A DNA stretch of 64,000 nt from NCBI GenBank assembly GCA_018396535.1, contig JAGTQC010000003.1, forward strand, positions 96,001 to 160,000, read 5' to 3'. The stretch is from Candidatus Bathyarchaeota archaeon (GTDB lineage: Archaea; Thermoproteota; CALKCG01; B24; DRYS01). The position numbers were made by a program, and so were the translations under genes. The stretch's first letter is position 1; each line of letters opens with the position of its first letter. Under the pieces are notes generated by a model. It did no database searches, was not told the DNA's origin, and was given only the letters and a program-made list of their open reading frames with translations. Positions 9,246 through 18,626 of the stretch are shown here, piece after piece.

Positions 9246-10403
9246 TTGAATCTGAGAGAAAGATTTCTTGAAGTAGCTAGATTCGGTAGACCCGATAGGA
9301 TACCGCTATCGCTTTGGGGTATTAGACCAGCTACGCTTAAGAGATGGTGGAGGGAGGGTCTACCACCCGGTATGGATGCAGCTACATACTTTAGGTTCGA
9401 TATATATGATATGAAATCTTTCAATTTGACATCCTGGCCTTCAGAGGGTTTCCTATGGGAGCCTAGTGATAGGCTTGTAAACCTAGGTCCTATACCCCCA
9501 TTCGAGTATAGGATTCTGAGGGAGGATGAGAGGTATAGGGTTTGGGTTGATAGTTTAGGTATAACTCAGTTAGGTTTTCAGGATGATTGGAAGGATGGGT
9601 GGAGCGGGTTTGCTACGAGGACATTCATAGATTTTCCAGTTAAGGATAGGGGTGATTTCGAACGTATAAAAACTAGGTATGATCCCCATCATCCGGATAG
9701 ATACCCGTCCAGATGGAGTGAAACCGTGGATTTCCTTAGGAAGAATAACGATGGAAGCTTCCTTACACATATGTCGTTGAGAGGAGCGTTCTGGTGGGCT
9801 AGGGATATGATGGGATTGGAGGCTACTCTTAAAAGCTTCTTTAAGGATAGAGCGTTGATCAATGATATACTCGATCTATACCTAGACTTCCATATAGAGG
9901 TTTTGAGAAGAGCTGTAGAAGAGGTTGAAGTAGATTATGTTACGCTTAACGAGGATATGGCGTACAAGCATGGACCTATGATCTCCCCACGTATGTTTAG
10001 AGAATATATATCGCCCATCTATCGGGAGCTTATAAAATTTCTCAGAGATAATGGTGTTAAAGTTGTTATAGTCGATAGTGATGGATATGTAGAACCGTTG
10101 ATACCTGAACTTATGTCTGTAGGTGTTGATGGTGTATCTCCGTGTGAAGTAGCAGCTGGTATGGATATAGTTGAGCTTAGAAGGAGGTATCCTAGGCTAG
10201 TTATGATGGGTGGTATAGATAAGAGGATGCTAGCATCATCTAAATCTGATATAGAGAGGGAGGTGTATAGGAAGGTTCCGCCACTAGTCGAGAGTAGAGG
10301 ATACTTTCCAGGTGTGGATCATGCAGTCCCGCCAGATGTATCCTTCGATAACTTCAGCTATTTCGTAGAGCTTCTGAAGAAGCTGTGCGGCTGGGTCGAT
10401 TAG
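9246..10403 (+). CDS. uroporphyrinogen decarboxylase / MtaA-CmuA methyltransferase superfamily protein
   Basis: EDMAYKHGPMISP, DSDG, PCEVAAGMD, GGIDKR, GVDHAVPPDVS. Confidence 0.8.
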   Translation: MNLRERFLEVARFGRPDRIPLSLWGIRPATLKRWWREGLPPGMDAATYFRFDIYDMKSFNLTSWPSEGFLWEPSDRLVNLGPIPPFEYRILREDERYRVWVDSLGITQLGFQDDWKDGWSGFATRTFIDFPVKDRGDFERIKTRYDPHHPDRYPSRWSETVDFLRKNNDGSFLTHMSLRGAFWWARDMMGLEATLKSFFKDRALINDILDLYLDFHIEVLRRAVEEVEVDYVTLNEDMAYKHGPMISPRMFREYISPIYRELIKFLRDNGVKVVIVDSDGYVEPLIPELMSVGVDGVSPCEVAAGMDIVELRRRYPRLVMMGGIDKRMLASSKSDIEREVYRKVPPLVESRGYFPGVDHAVPPDVSFDNFSYFVELLKKLCGWVD

Positions 10404-10452
10404 GATGGGTGGGTTTTATCCTCGAGTGATGTATTTTACTCCATATCGTTGA

Positions 10453-10929
10453 AGGACACTATGTAATCTAGTTATTAAGCTATGTGCTAGGATGGCTAAG
10501 ATTAGGAGATCTGCGGATGTCGTAGTCGCGGATTTGGTTAGGCTTAAATGTATGGATGTGGTGGCTATGGGGAGAGGCTTGCATGCCCCTCATACTCTCC
10601 GACATCTGATGAGACTAGAAGGAATACTGAGATTGTAATACTGGTAGAATTTCTAATTGAAGCTGATATCCATAGGGTTATGGCTAGATTTGAGAAGTAG
10701 GTTTTTCCTAGCTGAGTAATACTCTGCTTTCGCTGTGACTGTAGGTTCGTGTGAATTATATGAGGAGTGTACACTTAAGGATTGTAGATATCCGGAGATA
10801 GCTAGGCCATCGATGGAGGTGTGTGGTATATATTTCTACTTTACGGTTAGGAAGACTGGCTTCGATATAAGACTTCTCAAATCTCGCATGGATATCTCAA
10901 AATACTTCGGGTTACTAATAGCTAGATAG
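10453..10929 (+). pseudogene. DUF2284 (Cys-rich metal-binding protein) pseudogene
   Basis: Fragments in different frames: DVVVADLVRLKC / YGCGGYGERLACPSYSPT..ETR / GSCELYEEC...CRYPEIARPSMEVCGI...YFGLL, with frameshifts and an in-frame TAG. Confidence 0.75.
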
Positions 10930-10942
10930 GTATGGATGATAT

Positions 10943-11968
10943 CTAGCTGATCCACTTTACCTCTACATCCTCTATCCTCCATCTAGGTTTAACCACACTC
11001 TCCTCTATGCTTATCGTATCTCCTACGCTATAGTGTAGAAGCCCTGTCCAAGCTATCATAGCACCGTTATCTGTCGCATACTCATCCCGAACTACGTATA
11101 CCCTAGCTCCATGAGCTTTAGCCATCTCTGATAGCATCTCCTGTAGTCTCCGATTACGTGCAAACCCTCCTATAACTAGTATCTCTGATTTACCTGTATG
11201 TGCTAGAGCTCTCTCCGTAACTTCAACCAGCATGGATAGAGCAACCTCTCTTAGACTGTAGGCTACATCTTCAAGCCTATACCTCCCACTCCTATAGGCT
11301 TTTAGAGCAGCTGTTAGGAGTCCTGAGAACTGTAGATCCATCCCCTTCACAGTGTATGGTAGAGGTATATACGTAGATCCTTTATCAGCTACCTCATCGA
11401 ATACTGGTCCAGGCCAGGGATTCGATGGATCGTATAACCCGACCTCTCTAGCGAATACATCGAAACAGTTAGCTATCGTTATATCTAGGGTTTCACCAAA
11501 TACTCTATACCTTCCATCCTCGTATCCAAGGATCTGGGTATTCCCCCCAGTAACCAGTAGTGTAAGAGGATTCCGTGCATTCGTAGTAACCCTACCTATC
11601 TCTATATGTGCTAGTAGATGGTTTACCCCGACTAACGGTTTACTTATAGCTAGAGCTATAGCTCTAGCTACAGTCGCAGCTACTCTTAGGCATGGGCCTA
11701 ACCCAGGCCCCTGGGAGAAGGCTACTACATCTACATCCCTAACCTTTAGATTAGCTGAATCTAATGCTGTACGTATAGCTTCTCCTGCAACTATACTATG
11801 GTGTTGAGCTGCATCCCTAGGATGTATACCCATACCGGGTGGGGGTTTATACGATCTCCTAACGTTAGCTAGTATTCTTCCATCGCTAGTAGCTAATCCT
11901 ACACCGAAGGTATGAGCTGTCCCTTCTATTCCTAAGCAAACCTTAATATCTCTATCCACCTCTGTCAC
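10943..11968 (-). CDS. kae1: KEOPS N6-L-threonylcarbamoyladenine synthase Kae1
   Basis: LGIEGTAHTFGVG, GIHPRDAAQHH, GPGLGPCLR, HLLAHIE, GETLDI, DNGAMIA. Confidence 0.95.
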   Translation of the reverse strand: MTEVDRDIKVCLGIEGTAHTFGVGLATSDGRILANVRRSYKPPPGMGIHPRDAAQHHSIVAGEAIRTALDSANLKVRDVDVVAFSQGPGLGPCLRVAATVARAIALAISKPLVGVNHLLAHIEIGRVTTNARNPLTLLVTGGNTQILGYEDGRYRVFGETLDITIANCFDVFAREVGLYDPSNPWPGPVFDEVADKGSTYIPLPYTVKGMDLQFSGLLTAALKAYRSGRYRLEDVAYSLREVALSMLVEVTERALAHTGKSEILVIGGFARNRRLQEMLSEMAKAHGARVYVVRDEYATDNGAMIAWTGLLHYSVGDTISIEESVVKPRWRIEDVEVKWIS

Positions 11969-12128
11969 CTACCCCTAGGTTATGTATGGTAGAATAGAGG
12001 GTTAGCTATGCTATATCTAAACCTTCTAGATTATCCTCCGTATTATAAATTTAGCGGGGGTAGCGGATCTATATTCGTCGATCAGATTTATCTTTAATAC
12101 TATTCCTCAAATAATCTGTAGATAGACT

Positions 12129-12554
12129 TTGCCGTCTAATATCGATGTGGAAAGCGAGGTTAGAGGTACTACACTCAAAGTATACCTGTATATAATGGTT
12201 AACGGGCCTACTAGGATTAGGGATATACAGAGGGGTCTCGGTTTTTCTACGCCTAGTCTAGCATACTATCATGTAGAGAAGCTTGTTAAGCTAGGTCTAG
12301 TAGAGGAGGATGAGGATGGATTTTATAGAGTTTCGAAGAAGATAGAGCTATCGATACTAAAACCATACATAGTATTCAGTGGTAGGCTTATCCCTAGATT
12401 GATGTTCTATGCTGTATTCTTCATAAGCTTCCTCGTATCCTATATAATACTTTCATGGAGCGATCTAAACCTCTATACGATCATAGTTACGGCTATAGCT
12501 ACGGTTATCTTCTGGTATGAGACTATAAAGGCTTGGAGGAATAAACCCTTCTGA
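12129..12554 (+). CDS. winged HTH protein with two C-terminal transmembrane helices
   Basis: RDIQRGLGFSTPSLAYYHVEKL HTH followed by two hydrophobic segments. Confidence 0.75.
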   Translation: MPSNIDVESEVRGTTLKVYLYIMVNGPTRIRDIQRGLGFSTPSLAYYHVEKLVKLGLVEEDEDGFYRVSKKIELSILKPYIVFSGRLIPRLMFYAVFFISFLVSYIILSWSDLNLYTIIVTAIATVIFWYETIKAWRNKPF

Positions 12555-12610
12555 TCTTCTTTTCAAATAATTAGAGTTATAGCCTACCTAGTACTTAATC
12601 TATAATCGAA

Positions 12611-12934
12611 TTGAAGATCCTAGTAGCATACATGCTTCTAGCTTCTATACTAGGTTTAGCTACCGTATACGCTTTGAATCTAGTATTAGAGGGGTATGGA
12701 AATGCTGAACTGAAGCCTGTTGAATATACGCCTAGTAGGGCTAGCGATCTAGAGGAGCGGAAGAGCTTAACTATAGGTGGGGTTAGGGTTGTAGGTTTCG
12801 AATTCTATAGTCTTGTCATAGCTTTAATCTCAGCATCCATAACCTTCTATATCATTAAGCGTAGATCTCCTAGAATCTATGGATCTCTTAAAGCTTCTAG
12901 GATCTCCTCTAACCTATATGCTCCGTATGGGTAG
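12611..12934 (+). CDS. hypothetical membrane protein
   Basis: Two hydrophobic segments; 3' end overlaps sua5 convergently. Confidence 0.5.
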   Translation: MKILVAYMLLASILGLATVYALNLVLEGYGNAELKPVEYTPSRASDLEERKSLTIGGVRVVGFEFYSLVIALISASITFYIIKRRSPRIYGSLKASRISSNLYAPYG

Positions 12935-13509
12935 ACTCTCTCTATCTTAGGTGGATCATAGGTTAAATCTACTATAGTGGATACGGGTCTTATAGGTAGT
13001 GATCCCTGATCGATTATCAAATCTACGCTACTACCTATCTGTCTCAATACATCCTCTATACTATATGGGTTTGCTTCTCCATGAATATTTGCGCTCGTAG
13101 CCGTTATAGGTTTTCCAAGCTTCTCAGCTATCATAGTAGCGATTCTATGACTCGATATTCTAGCAGCGAAAGCTCTAGGGTTAACTATATCTGGGAGTCT
13201 AGGCTTCTTCCATGTAGCTATGGTTAGTGGTCCTGGGTTGAATCGATCTATGAGTTTAAAAGCTCTCTCATCTAGGTATGCATACTCAATCCACATATCT
13301 ATACTAGATACTATCGCTGTAAGCGATCTATCTAACGGCCTCCTTTTCACCATATAGATTCTAGCTATAGCTTCTTCATTCGTTACATCCGCTGCAAGTC
13401 CGTAACATGTTTCTGTAGGGTATACTATTAATCCTCCCTGCTCTAGTATAGCTGCAGCCTCCTCTACTATCCTCTCTAAACCCTTCCCTACCCTTACTAT
13501 TCTAACCAT
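12877..13509 (-). CDS. sua5: threonylcarbamoyl-AMP synthase (TsaC/YrdC domain only, no SUA5 domain)
   Basis: YPTETCYGL, KRRP, PGPLT, ATSANIHG, STIVD. Confidence 0.9.
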   Translation of the reverse strand: MVRIVRVGKGLERIVEEAAAILEQGGLIVYPTETCYGLAADVTNEEAIARIYMVKRRPLDRSLTAIVSSIDMWIEYAYLDERAFKLIDRFNPGPLTIATWKKPRLPDIVNPRAFAARISSHRIATMIAEKLGKPITATSANIHGEANPYSIEDVLRQIGSSVDLIIDQGSLPIRPVSTIVDLTYDPPKIERVYPYGAYRLEEILEALRDP

Positions 13510-13591
13510 TAGAATCTGGTGGGAATATGTGGAGAGTAAATATTAAAGTTTAAAGGGAGGGTGAATACATTTTCTTTCTTCTGGTGTCTCT

Positions 13592-14122
13592 ATGGCTGAT
13601 AGCTTAGCCCCCTTCGTACCATCACCTATAGAAGTGGTTAGACGTATGCTCTCTCTAGCAGAGGTCGATTCCAAGGATGTTGTCTACGATCTAGGATGTG
13701 GTGATGGACGTATACTTACGACCGCTATCACAGAGTTTAACGCTAGGAAGGCAATCGGATACGAGATAAGGACTGATCTATACCTTAAGATATTATCGAC
13801 TATACAGGAGCTTAAGCCAGTTATACCGGATATAGATAGTAGGATTAGGGTGTATAATAGCGATGCTATGAAGGCTGATCTATCAGAGGCTACTGTAGTA
13901 ACGCTATACCTTACGACTCTAGGTAATGAGAAGCTTAAGCCTAAATTTGAATCCGAGCTTAAACCTGGAGCTAGGATTGTAAGCCACGATTTCACGATAC
14001 CCGGATGGACTCCTGTGAAGATAGATAGATTCCAGGGTCACGTTATATACCTCTATATCGTACCTGATAGTTTTAAAGATCAATCGCTTAAAGCTAGAGA
14101 GAGGGTTTGGCGTCTATTCTAG
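13592..14122 (+). CDS. class I SAM-dependent methyltransferase (archaeal protein-lysine methyltransferase-like)
   Basis: APFVPSP, YDLGCGDGR, ATVVTLYL, LKPGARIVSHDF. Confidence 0.8.
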   Translation: MADSLAPFVPSPIEVVRRMLSLAEVDSKDVVYDLGCGDGRILTTAITEFNARKAIGYEIRTDLYLKILSTIQELKPVIPDIDSRIRVYNSDAMKADLSEATVVTLYLTTLGNEKLKPKFESELKPGARIVSHDFTIPGWTPVKIDRFQGHVIYLYIVPDSFKDQSLKARERVWRLF

Positions 14123-14775
14123 GAGGTAGCGATCTAAAACTCATATATAGGGGTGCTGAAGCCGAGGTTTATGTAGGCTTATGGTATGGGAGGAAAGCTG
14201 TATTCAAGTATCGTAAACCTAAAAGCTATAGGATAAGGGAGATCGATGAGTATATAAGGAGTAGGAGAACGATACTTGAAGCTAGGATTCTGAGAGATGC
14301 TAAGAATGCTGGTGTACCATCACCAACGGTATACTATATAGATCCATCTGAAGCTCTACTAGTTATGAGCTATATAGATGGGCTTAGACTTAGAGAATAC
14401 ATAAACTCTACGAGTGTAGATGAAGCAGTATCAGTATGTAGAAAGGTAGGCTACTATATAGCTAAACTACATAAAGCAGGTATACAGCATGGGGATCCGA
14501 CAACATCTAACATGATACTGGTAGGTGATGGTAGAATATTCCTAATAGACTACGGATTATCACAGTATACATCTAAAGCTGAGGATAGAGCTGTGGATTT
14601 GATACTATTCGAGAGAGCGTTACTGAGCGTGCACTACAAGGTTTACGAATACTGTATGAAGGCTTTCATCGAAGAGTATGAGAGAATCCTAGGAGAAGAA
14701 TTTAGCGAGGTTAAGCAGCGTATAGGTGAGATAAAGGCTAGGGGTAGATATATATCTAGACGCTTAATGAGATAG
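14107..14775 (+). CDS. bud32: KEOPS kinase/ATPase Bud32
   Basis: GAEA, KYRKPKSYR, HGDPTTSN, IDYGL, EDRAVDL, RGRY C-terminus. Confidence 0.93.
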   Translation: MASILGGSDLKLIYRGAEAEVYVGLWYGRKAVFKYRKPKSYRIREIDEYIRSRRTILEARILRDAKNAGVPSPTVYYIDPSEALLVMSYIDGLRLREYINSTSVDEAVSVCRKVGYYIAKLHKAGIQHGDPTTSNMILVGDGRIFLIDYGLSQYTSKAEDRAVDLILFERALLSVHYKVYEYCMKAFIEEYERILGEEFSEVKQRIGEIKARGRYISRRLMR

Positions 14776-14849
14776 GTTGCCTACTTGGTATCCATAGATT
14801 TAGGATAGAAAGATTTTTTAGATAGATGCAGCCATAGCTTTAGCCAGAT

Positions 14850-17432
14850 ATGAACATCAGGAAAAACCTTCAGACGTTATTATATGTGGTGCTCATCATC
14901 CTACCTACGATCCTAGTATGCGTTACATCATTATCAGCTGAGCAAGTACCATACGGGCCGTTCCCAGATAGAATCATAATATTTAGGCATACAGATGAAT
15001 CCACCGTCGTACCGATGATGGAGAAGGGTGAGATGGATGCATGGCTATACTATCTACGTCTCCCAGAGAATATAAAGAAAGCTGAGGAATCCCCCTATGT
15101 GAAGATAGTTGGTACATATGGAGGAGGCATCCAGCTGCTTGTAAACCCGCTAGAAACGACTGAAGGCTTTAACCCATTCTCTATAAGAGAAGTTAGAGAA
15201 GCTTTAAACTGGCTTATCGATCGTAGCTATATTGTTAGCGAGATATATCATGGTAGGGGTGTTCCTCGATGGACTATGTTCAGAGCTGTATCACCAGATT
15301 ATTCTAGGATAGTAGATTTCGCTAAGATACTCGAATCCAGGTATAGCTACGACTTCGAGAAAGCTAAGGTACAGATATTCGAGGCTTTATCGAAAGCTGG
15401 AGCAGAGTACAGAGAAGGGAAATGGTATTATGAAGGTAAGCCTATCACGATAAACTTCCTGATAAGACCTGAAGATGAGAGGAAGGATCTAGGAGACTAT
15501 GTAGCTTCACAGCTTGAGAAGCTAGGATTAACCGTAAACAGGTTGTATAAACCTAGTAGAGATGCATTCCTACTCTGGGGTGCTTTCGCACCTACTAAGC
15601 GTGGCGACTGGCATATATACACCGCTGGATGGGCTTTCACAGCTATAACAGCATACGATGATAGCGATCCATGGTTCTGGTACTCACCAGATAACGCACC
15701 GCTCTTCGAAGAATATAGCGGCCCACCGCTTCTCAGAGAAGCTATAAACAAGCTTAATAATGCTGAGTATAAGTCTATGGAGGAGAGATTAGAGCTCATT
15801 AAGAGGATTTGCGAACTAGCTTTAGAAGATGGGGTTCACGTATGGGTTCTAGATCAGCTTCAAATATATCCCTTGAACGCTAGGCTTGGAAGCTTCGTGA
15901 CGGATCTCTACGGCGGTACCCAGAGCTTCTGGTTCCTACGCACTCTTAGGCTAGCTGGAGCTACTGGAGGGGATATTAAGCTTGGTAATAGAGCGATGTT
16001 TATAGAGGGGTTCAACCCTATAGCTGGCTTCTCATGGCTTTACGATGTATACGCATACTATCTCGTAGCTGATCCAGGTGTATTCCCGCATCCGCATACA
16101 GGTATATACATACCTATTAGGGCTGAGTATACGGTTACTACAGCAGGACCTGATGGGAAGCTTGGTGTTCCAGCGGATGCCTTAAAATATGATCTATCAT
16201 CTGAGAGGTTTATCCCTGTCGGTGAGGGTGTTAAAGCTACGAGTAAGGTTACCTTTAAGTTTACACTTGGTAAATGGCATCATGGCCAGCCTATAACTAA
16301 AGCTGATATACTTTACGGTATAGCAGAGACTTTCAAGGTTACGTTGGAAGAATCTCCTCTCTACGATCCGGTTGCAGCATCTCCAGGTAGAGTGTTATTT
16401 ACGAGTTTACTTAGAGGTGTTAAGTTTATAGCTGATGATACGGTTGAAGTCTATGTAGATTACTGGCATGTTGATAGTAGCTATATAGCTAGTATGGCTA
16501 GTGTATGGGTTGATACACCGTGGGAGCTGCTAGTATTGATGAATGAAGCTGTCCTCGAGAGGAAGCTTGCATGGTCAGTCGATATGGCTGATGAATGGGG
16601 TGTGGATCAGCTGGACTTAACTAAGGGTCCTTCGATAGAGATCCTTAAAGACATACTGTATAGGCTTGTCGAGGAGAATCGTATACCATCCGAGCTTGAA
16701 GGGCTAGTATCTTTGGATGAAGCTAGAGTTAGATGGAATGCTCTTAGAAGCTTCTACGAGGCTAGAAAACACTTCTGGGTTAGTAACGGTCCATACATAT
16801 TCGGCTCGGCTGATACTGTAGCTCTACAGATGACTTTCGAAGCTTTTAGAGACTACCCGTTCAGAGCTGATAGATGGGATGGTATGATAACTATGAAGGT
16901 TCCAGGTGTACGTGTAGTTAAAGCTCCAGAGGATGTTATCCCAGGGTTGGAGGCTACTTTCAACTTAGCAGTCGAAGTAGAGGGTAAACCATACGATAGA
17001 GCGGTAGTGAAATATCTGCTATTAGATAGCTTAGGTAACCTAGTCGCTTCAGGAATAGCTAAACCTAAAGGTGGAGGAGCCTTCGATATAACCCTTACAG
17101 GTATAGAGACTGGTAGACTTGCTTTAGGAACGTATACACTGAAACTTATAGCTGTAGGAGAGGAGGCGGCTCTCCCATCGACATCATCCTATACGTTCAC
17201 CGTTACATCTCCGATCGCATACTTCGAACGTCTAGTTAAAGCTACTAGAGCCGATCTAGAAGCTAGAATTTCGACTATGGAAAGCCGTGTAAACACTATA
17301 TCTAGCGATATAGACCGTCTATCCACTACTTTAACAGGTATTCAGAGTACGGTTAACACCGTATTAGCGTTATCGGTGGTAGCTATAGTCGTAGCTGTAG
17401 TAGCTATAGTATTATCGCTACGTAGAAGGTAA
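14850..17432 (+). CDS. Opp/Dpp-family ABC substrate-binding protein with C-terminal coiled coil and membrane anchor
   Basis: Signal peptide, NPFSIREVREALNWLIDR, WHHGQPITKAD, SNGPY; C-terminal TM followed by RRR. Confidence 0.9.
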   Translation: MNIRKNLQTLLYVVLIILPTILVCVTSLSAEQVPYGPFPDRIIIFRHTDESTVVPMMEKGEMDAWLYYLRLPENIKKAEESPYVKIVGTYGGGIQLLVNPLETTEGFNPFSIREVREALNWLIDRSYIVSEIYHGRGVPRWTMFRAVSPDYSRIVDFAKILESRYSYDFEKAKVQIFEALSKAGAEYREGKWYYEGKPITINFLIRPEDERKDLGDYVASQLEKLGLTVNRLYKPSRDAFLLWGAFAPTKRGDWHIYTAGWAFTAITAYDDSDPWFWYSPDNAPLFEEYSGPPLLREAINKLNNAEYKSMEERLELIKRICELALEDGVHVWVLDQLQIYPLNARLGSFVTDLYGGTQSFWFLRTLRLAGATGGDIKLGNRAMFIEGFNPIAGFSWLYDVYAYYLVADPGVFPHPHTGIYIPIRAEYTVTTAGPDGKLGVPADALKYDLSSERFIPVGEGVKATSKVTFKFTLGKWHHGQPITKADILYGIAETFKVTLEESPLYDPVAASPGRVLFTSLLRGVKFIADDTVEVYVDYWHVDSSYIASMASVWVDTPWELLVLMNEAVLERKLAWSVDMADEWGVDQLDLTKGPSIEILKDILYRLVEENRIPSELEGLVSLDEARVRWNALRSFYEARKHFWVSNGPYIFGSADTVALQMTFEAFRDYPFRADRWDGMITMKVPGVRVVKAPEDVIPGLEATFNLAVEVEGKPYDRAVVKYLLLDSLGNLVASGIAKPKGGGAFDITLTGIETGRLALGTYTLKLIAVGEEAALPSTSSYTFTVTSPIAYFERLVKATRADLEARISTMESRVNTISSDIDRLSTTLTGIQSTVNTVLALSVVAIVVAVVAIVLSLRRR

Positions 17433-17458
17433 ATCCACCCTGATCATCCTCTACTACA

Positions 17459-17468
17459 TTTTTTCTCC
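17459..17468 (+). terminator. oligo-T terminator/attenuator after the SBP gene
   Basis: TTTTTTCTCC 27 nt downstream of the stop, typical archaeal U-tract. Confidence 0.4.
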
Positions 17469-17552
17469 TCGACATATTTGTTGCCTACTCGATAGCTAGT
17501 GTGGAGAAAAGTTTATAGGTTAATGTATTAGCTTATGCTATGGTAAATCGGT

Positions 17553-18623
17553 ATGCGGCTGCCGCTAGCGATGTTAAAGTATCTAGCTAAGCGTATGATA
17601 CTGTTATTTGCTACGCTCGTAGTAGCTATATATCTAACCATAATCATAGCTAACGCTGGCGGTCTTATAGATGATATATTGAAGGCTCAGCTTAGATACG
17701 AGATAGCGAGTAATCTAGCTAGATCTCCAGGCTGGTCTCAGCTCACTGAGGAGGAACAGAGGAGGATTATAGATGAGAGATTTCAATCTGCTATAGAAGC
17801 TAAGGGGTTGGATAGACCGTTCCTAGAGCGTACGTTTAAATATCTCATAGATGCCTTAACGTTAAGTCTCGGTAGAGCTCTCTTCATAACGAGTGCTAGC
17901 GGATCTAAAGCGGTAGGCGATATAATACTGGAGAGGTTGCCGCAAACAGTGCTATTATTCACTACAGGTACCATACTTTACTCCATTATAGGTCTCCTCC
18001 TAGGATTGTATATGGCTAAACGTCCAGGCGGGTTTTTCGATAGGATATTCTCAGTCTTTGCTGTGGTAACTCAAGTTATACCTCCATGGTTCTTCGGTAT
18101 CCTCTTCATAATGGTGTTCGCATACTATCTCGGATTAGTACCGTTCGGGGGCATGGTGAGTGTACCTCCACCTAGGGATCCTCTGAACTATGTACTAGAT
18201 GTAGCTTACCATATGGCTCTACCGTTATTCACATGGATATTCTCGCTATTCGGTGCTTGGGCGTATATAGCTAGGAACCTTATAGTTCAGATAGCTGAGG
18301 AGGATTTCGTAAACACGGCTAAAGCTAAAGGTCTACCTGAGAATATTGTTATGCGTAGACATGTATTGAGACCTAGCCTCCCGCCTATCGTAACGGTTAT
18401 CTCGTTATCGCTTATAGCTTCATGGCAAGGAGCTATAATAACCGAGACTGTGTTCAACTGGCCTGGTTTAGGTACGTTATTCTATCAAGCGATAAACTCG
18501 TTGGATGCACCTGTAGTTATAGGGTTAACAGTTATATACGCTTACCTACTCGTAGCTACTGTACTCGTACTAGATCTAGTCTATAGTATACTAGATCCGA
18601 GGATAAGAGCTGGGAGGATTTAG
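17553..18623 (+). CDS. dppB: Opp/Dpp ABC permease (DppB-like)
   Basis: ERLPQTVLL, EDFVNTAKAKGL, ETVFNWPGLG, LDPRIR. Confidence 0.9.
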   Translation: MRLPLAMLKYLAKRMILLFATLVVAIYLTIIIANAGGLIDDILKAQLRYEIASNLARSPGWSQLTEEEQRRIIDERFQSAIEAKGLDRPFLERTFKYLIDALTLSLGRALFITSASGSKAVGDIILERLPQTVLLFTTGTILYSIIGLLLGLYMAKRPGGFFDRIFSVFAVVTQVIPPWFFGILFIMVFAYYLGLVPFGGMVSVPPPRDPLNYVLDVAYHMALPLFTWIFSLFGAWAYIARNLIVQIAEEDFVNTAKAKGLPENIVMRRHVLRPSLPPIVTVISLSLIASWQGAIITETVFNWPGLGTLFYQAINSLDAPVVIGLTVIYAYLLVATVLVLDLVYSILDPRIRAGRI

Positions 18624-18626
18624 ACT

